A DNA stretch of 64,000 bases from an uncultured Gemmatimonadales bacterium (GTDB taxonomy: Bacteria; Gemmatimonadota; Gemmatimonadetes; Gemmatimonadales; GWC2-71-9): the NCBI GenBank assembly GCA_963739455.1, contig CAVUAK010000001.1, forward strand, positions 231,300 through 295,299, written 5' to 3'. This document shows, in pieces, positions 62,767 through 64,000 of the stretch (its first letter is position 1; every line of letters begins with the position of its first letter). The notes beneath the pieces were generated by a model that saw only the letters and a program-made list of their open reading frames with translations, had not been told where the DNA came from and did not search any database. A program made the translations under genes and the position numbers.

Positions 62767-64000
62767 TCAAACCTCGGATTCCCCTTCAACGACGCGAACG
62801 TCGGGTCGAGCGCCAGGTAGTGTGGCGTCAGGATTCCACCCGATCCTCCGGCTCTCCTCGATGAAGTCGATGGCCCGGTCCTTGTTGCCCAGGACGGTCT
62901 CGATCCGGGCCGCGTTGATCAGGATGTAGAAGTGCTGGGTGGTGGCATTCGGGGCGAGGGCGACCGCCTTTGCCAGCAGCGGACGTGCCTCCGCCGCCTT
63001 GCCCTTGATAGCCAGCATCAGGCCATAGAGCACCTGCAGTTGCGGATCGGTTGGGTTGTCCTCCGCCTGCGTCTTCGACAGCGCCAGCGACGAGTCGGCG
63101 TACGCGCGTGCCTTCACCGAATCGCCCGCCTGCCAGTAGGCCATTGCGAGCGCCTGACCCCACCAGGCCCGGTCATTGTCGAAGGCCGACGGCGTGAGCC
63201 GGAATACCAGCTGCCGCTCCCGGTCTTCCAGGATCCAGGAAATCTCCTGATAGCCGGCGAAGTGCGCCGCAATGGCCGGCGCCGCAACGCCGGACTCGAT
63301 GGCCGCGCGGATCCCAGCCCTGGCCTCCTCCAGCTTGCCCTGCAAAACCCTGGCGATGGCGAGCCATTGGATCGAATTGAGGTCCCCCGGACGCACCAGG
63401 AGTGCGGCTGCCGCGGTCGCTTCACCATCCGCGGGACGGCCCAGGTAGTCGTAGACCTGGGAGAGGGAATACAGGGTGATGTAGGACCGGGGATCGATCT
63501 CCCGGGCCCGCTCGAGCTTCGCCAGCGCCGAGCCCAGGTCGCCGGCGCCCATGTCCGATAGGCCGGCGGCCGAAAGCACCTCGGCGTCGGTGGGCGCCGC
63601 CCGCAGGGCGAGGTCCATTTCGGTGCGCGAGAGCTCCGGATTCCTCGCAACGAGCTGGTTGTACCGCGCCGCGGCGAGATGCGTCCTGGCGGCATCCGGA
63701 TCGAGGGCGACGGTCCGCTCCAGCGCCTCCTTGGCCCGCTGGGCGGTGGCCGCATTGACGAACCCGTTCGCGTAGAGCCGGCTCAGTTGCATGCTGAGAA
63801 AAGCCCAGGCATCGCCGAACGTGGAGTCGAGCGCCACCGCCTGCTCCAGGTATCCCGTCGATGCGCGCAGGCTCGCCGGATCAGGGCCCTCCACCGCGCG
63901 CCCCTTGAGGTAGAGCTGGTACGCCTCCACATTGCCGGTGGGGCGCTTGGTGACTTGCTCCTGCTCGCTGCTTCCCAGCGCCACGCCCAGGGCGCCCGCC
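62767..64000 (-). CDS. 3' part of a TPR-repeat protein continuing beyond the window (probably the sensor half of another kinase/regulator)
   Basis: The frame is open from TGA 62767-62769 to the window edge. ..NVEAYQLYLKGRA.. and the following TPR-like repeats parallel the K4/K5 C-termini (..NVEAYDLYLKGHA..). Confidence 0.6.
   Translation of the reverse strand, partial: AGALGVALGSSEQEQVTKRPTGNVEAYQLYLKGRAVEGPDPASLRASTGYLEQAVALDSTFGDAWAFLSMQLSRLYANGFVNAATAQRAKEALERTVALDPDAARTHLAAARYNQLVARNPELSRTEMDLALRAAPTDAEVLSAAGLSDMGAGDLGSALAKLERAREIDPRSYITLYSLSQVYDYLGRPADGEATAAAALLVRPGDLNSIQWLAIARVLQGKLEEARAGIRAAIESGVAAPAIAAHFAGYQEISWILEDRERQLVFRLTPSAFDNDRAWWGQALAMAYWQAGDSVKARAYADSSLALSKTQAEDNPTDPQLQVLYGLMLAIKGKAAEARPLLAKAVALAPNATTQHFYILINAARIETVLGNKDRAIDFIEESRRIGWNPDATLPGARPDVRVVEGESEV

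Overview
This is visibly GC-rich bacterial chromosomal DNA. I found no rRNA, tRNA, CRISPR array, transposase or integrase that I can support. The gene content looks like a Gemmatimonadota/Acidobacteriota-type soil bacterium: many Hanks-type Ser/Thr kinases starting ...DRYRIERELGxGGMATVYLAxDLKH..., a TonB-dependent receptor (TBDR) with giant lipoproteins, and lipobox signal peptides throughout. That taxonomic call is an inference I cannot verify here.

Layout:
- (i) 0.3-3.7 kb: a PhoX/DUF839-like lipoprotein and a di-haem cytochrome c peroxidase.
- (ii) 5.9-24.7 kb: a long minus-strand block. It encodes an arylsulfatase, a gluzincin-type metalloprotease, an alpha/beta hydrolase, a TBDR and six tightly coupled downstream genes. 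Five of those six are 433-807 aa lipoproteins with cohesin-like, dockerin-like, PKD, FN3 and Cys-bracketed Ig-like modules. This is the most unusual system in the window.
- (iii) 27.5-49.5 kb: six paralogous plus-strand Ser/Thr kinase genes (K1-K6) with swapped sensor domains. They are interspersed with a vapBC module, a PLP fold-type II enzyme, an FAD monooxygenase, a cupredoxin-like lipoprotein and two membrane proteins.
- (iv) 49.5-58.5 kb: a SulP transporter with a beta carbonic anhydrase, a fatty-acid desaturase, a PAS-GGDEF-EAL protein and a U32 peptidase.
- (v) 58.6-62.7 kb: an ABC importer operon with an embedded STAS-domain protein of unknown function.
- (vi) A partial TPR protein at the right edge.

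Two further patterns run across this layout. First, three families of short tandem repeats (CCCTGTT heptamer, GACTCAC-type heptamer, GCCCTCCCC nonamer) occur both between genes and in frame inside genes. One tract carries a perfect 7-bp duplication that breaks a kinase gene. Second, at least 14 single-base-insertion frameshifts are confined to seven genes between 27.5 and 56 kb.

Many long ORFs in the supplied track are antisense or alternative-frame artefacts of the high GC content and are not reported.
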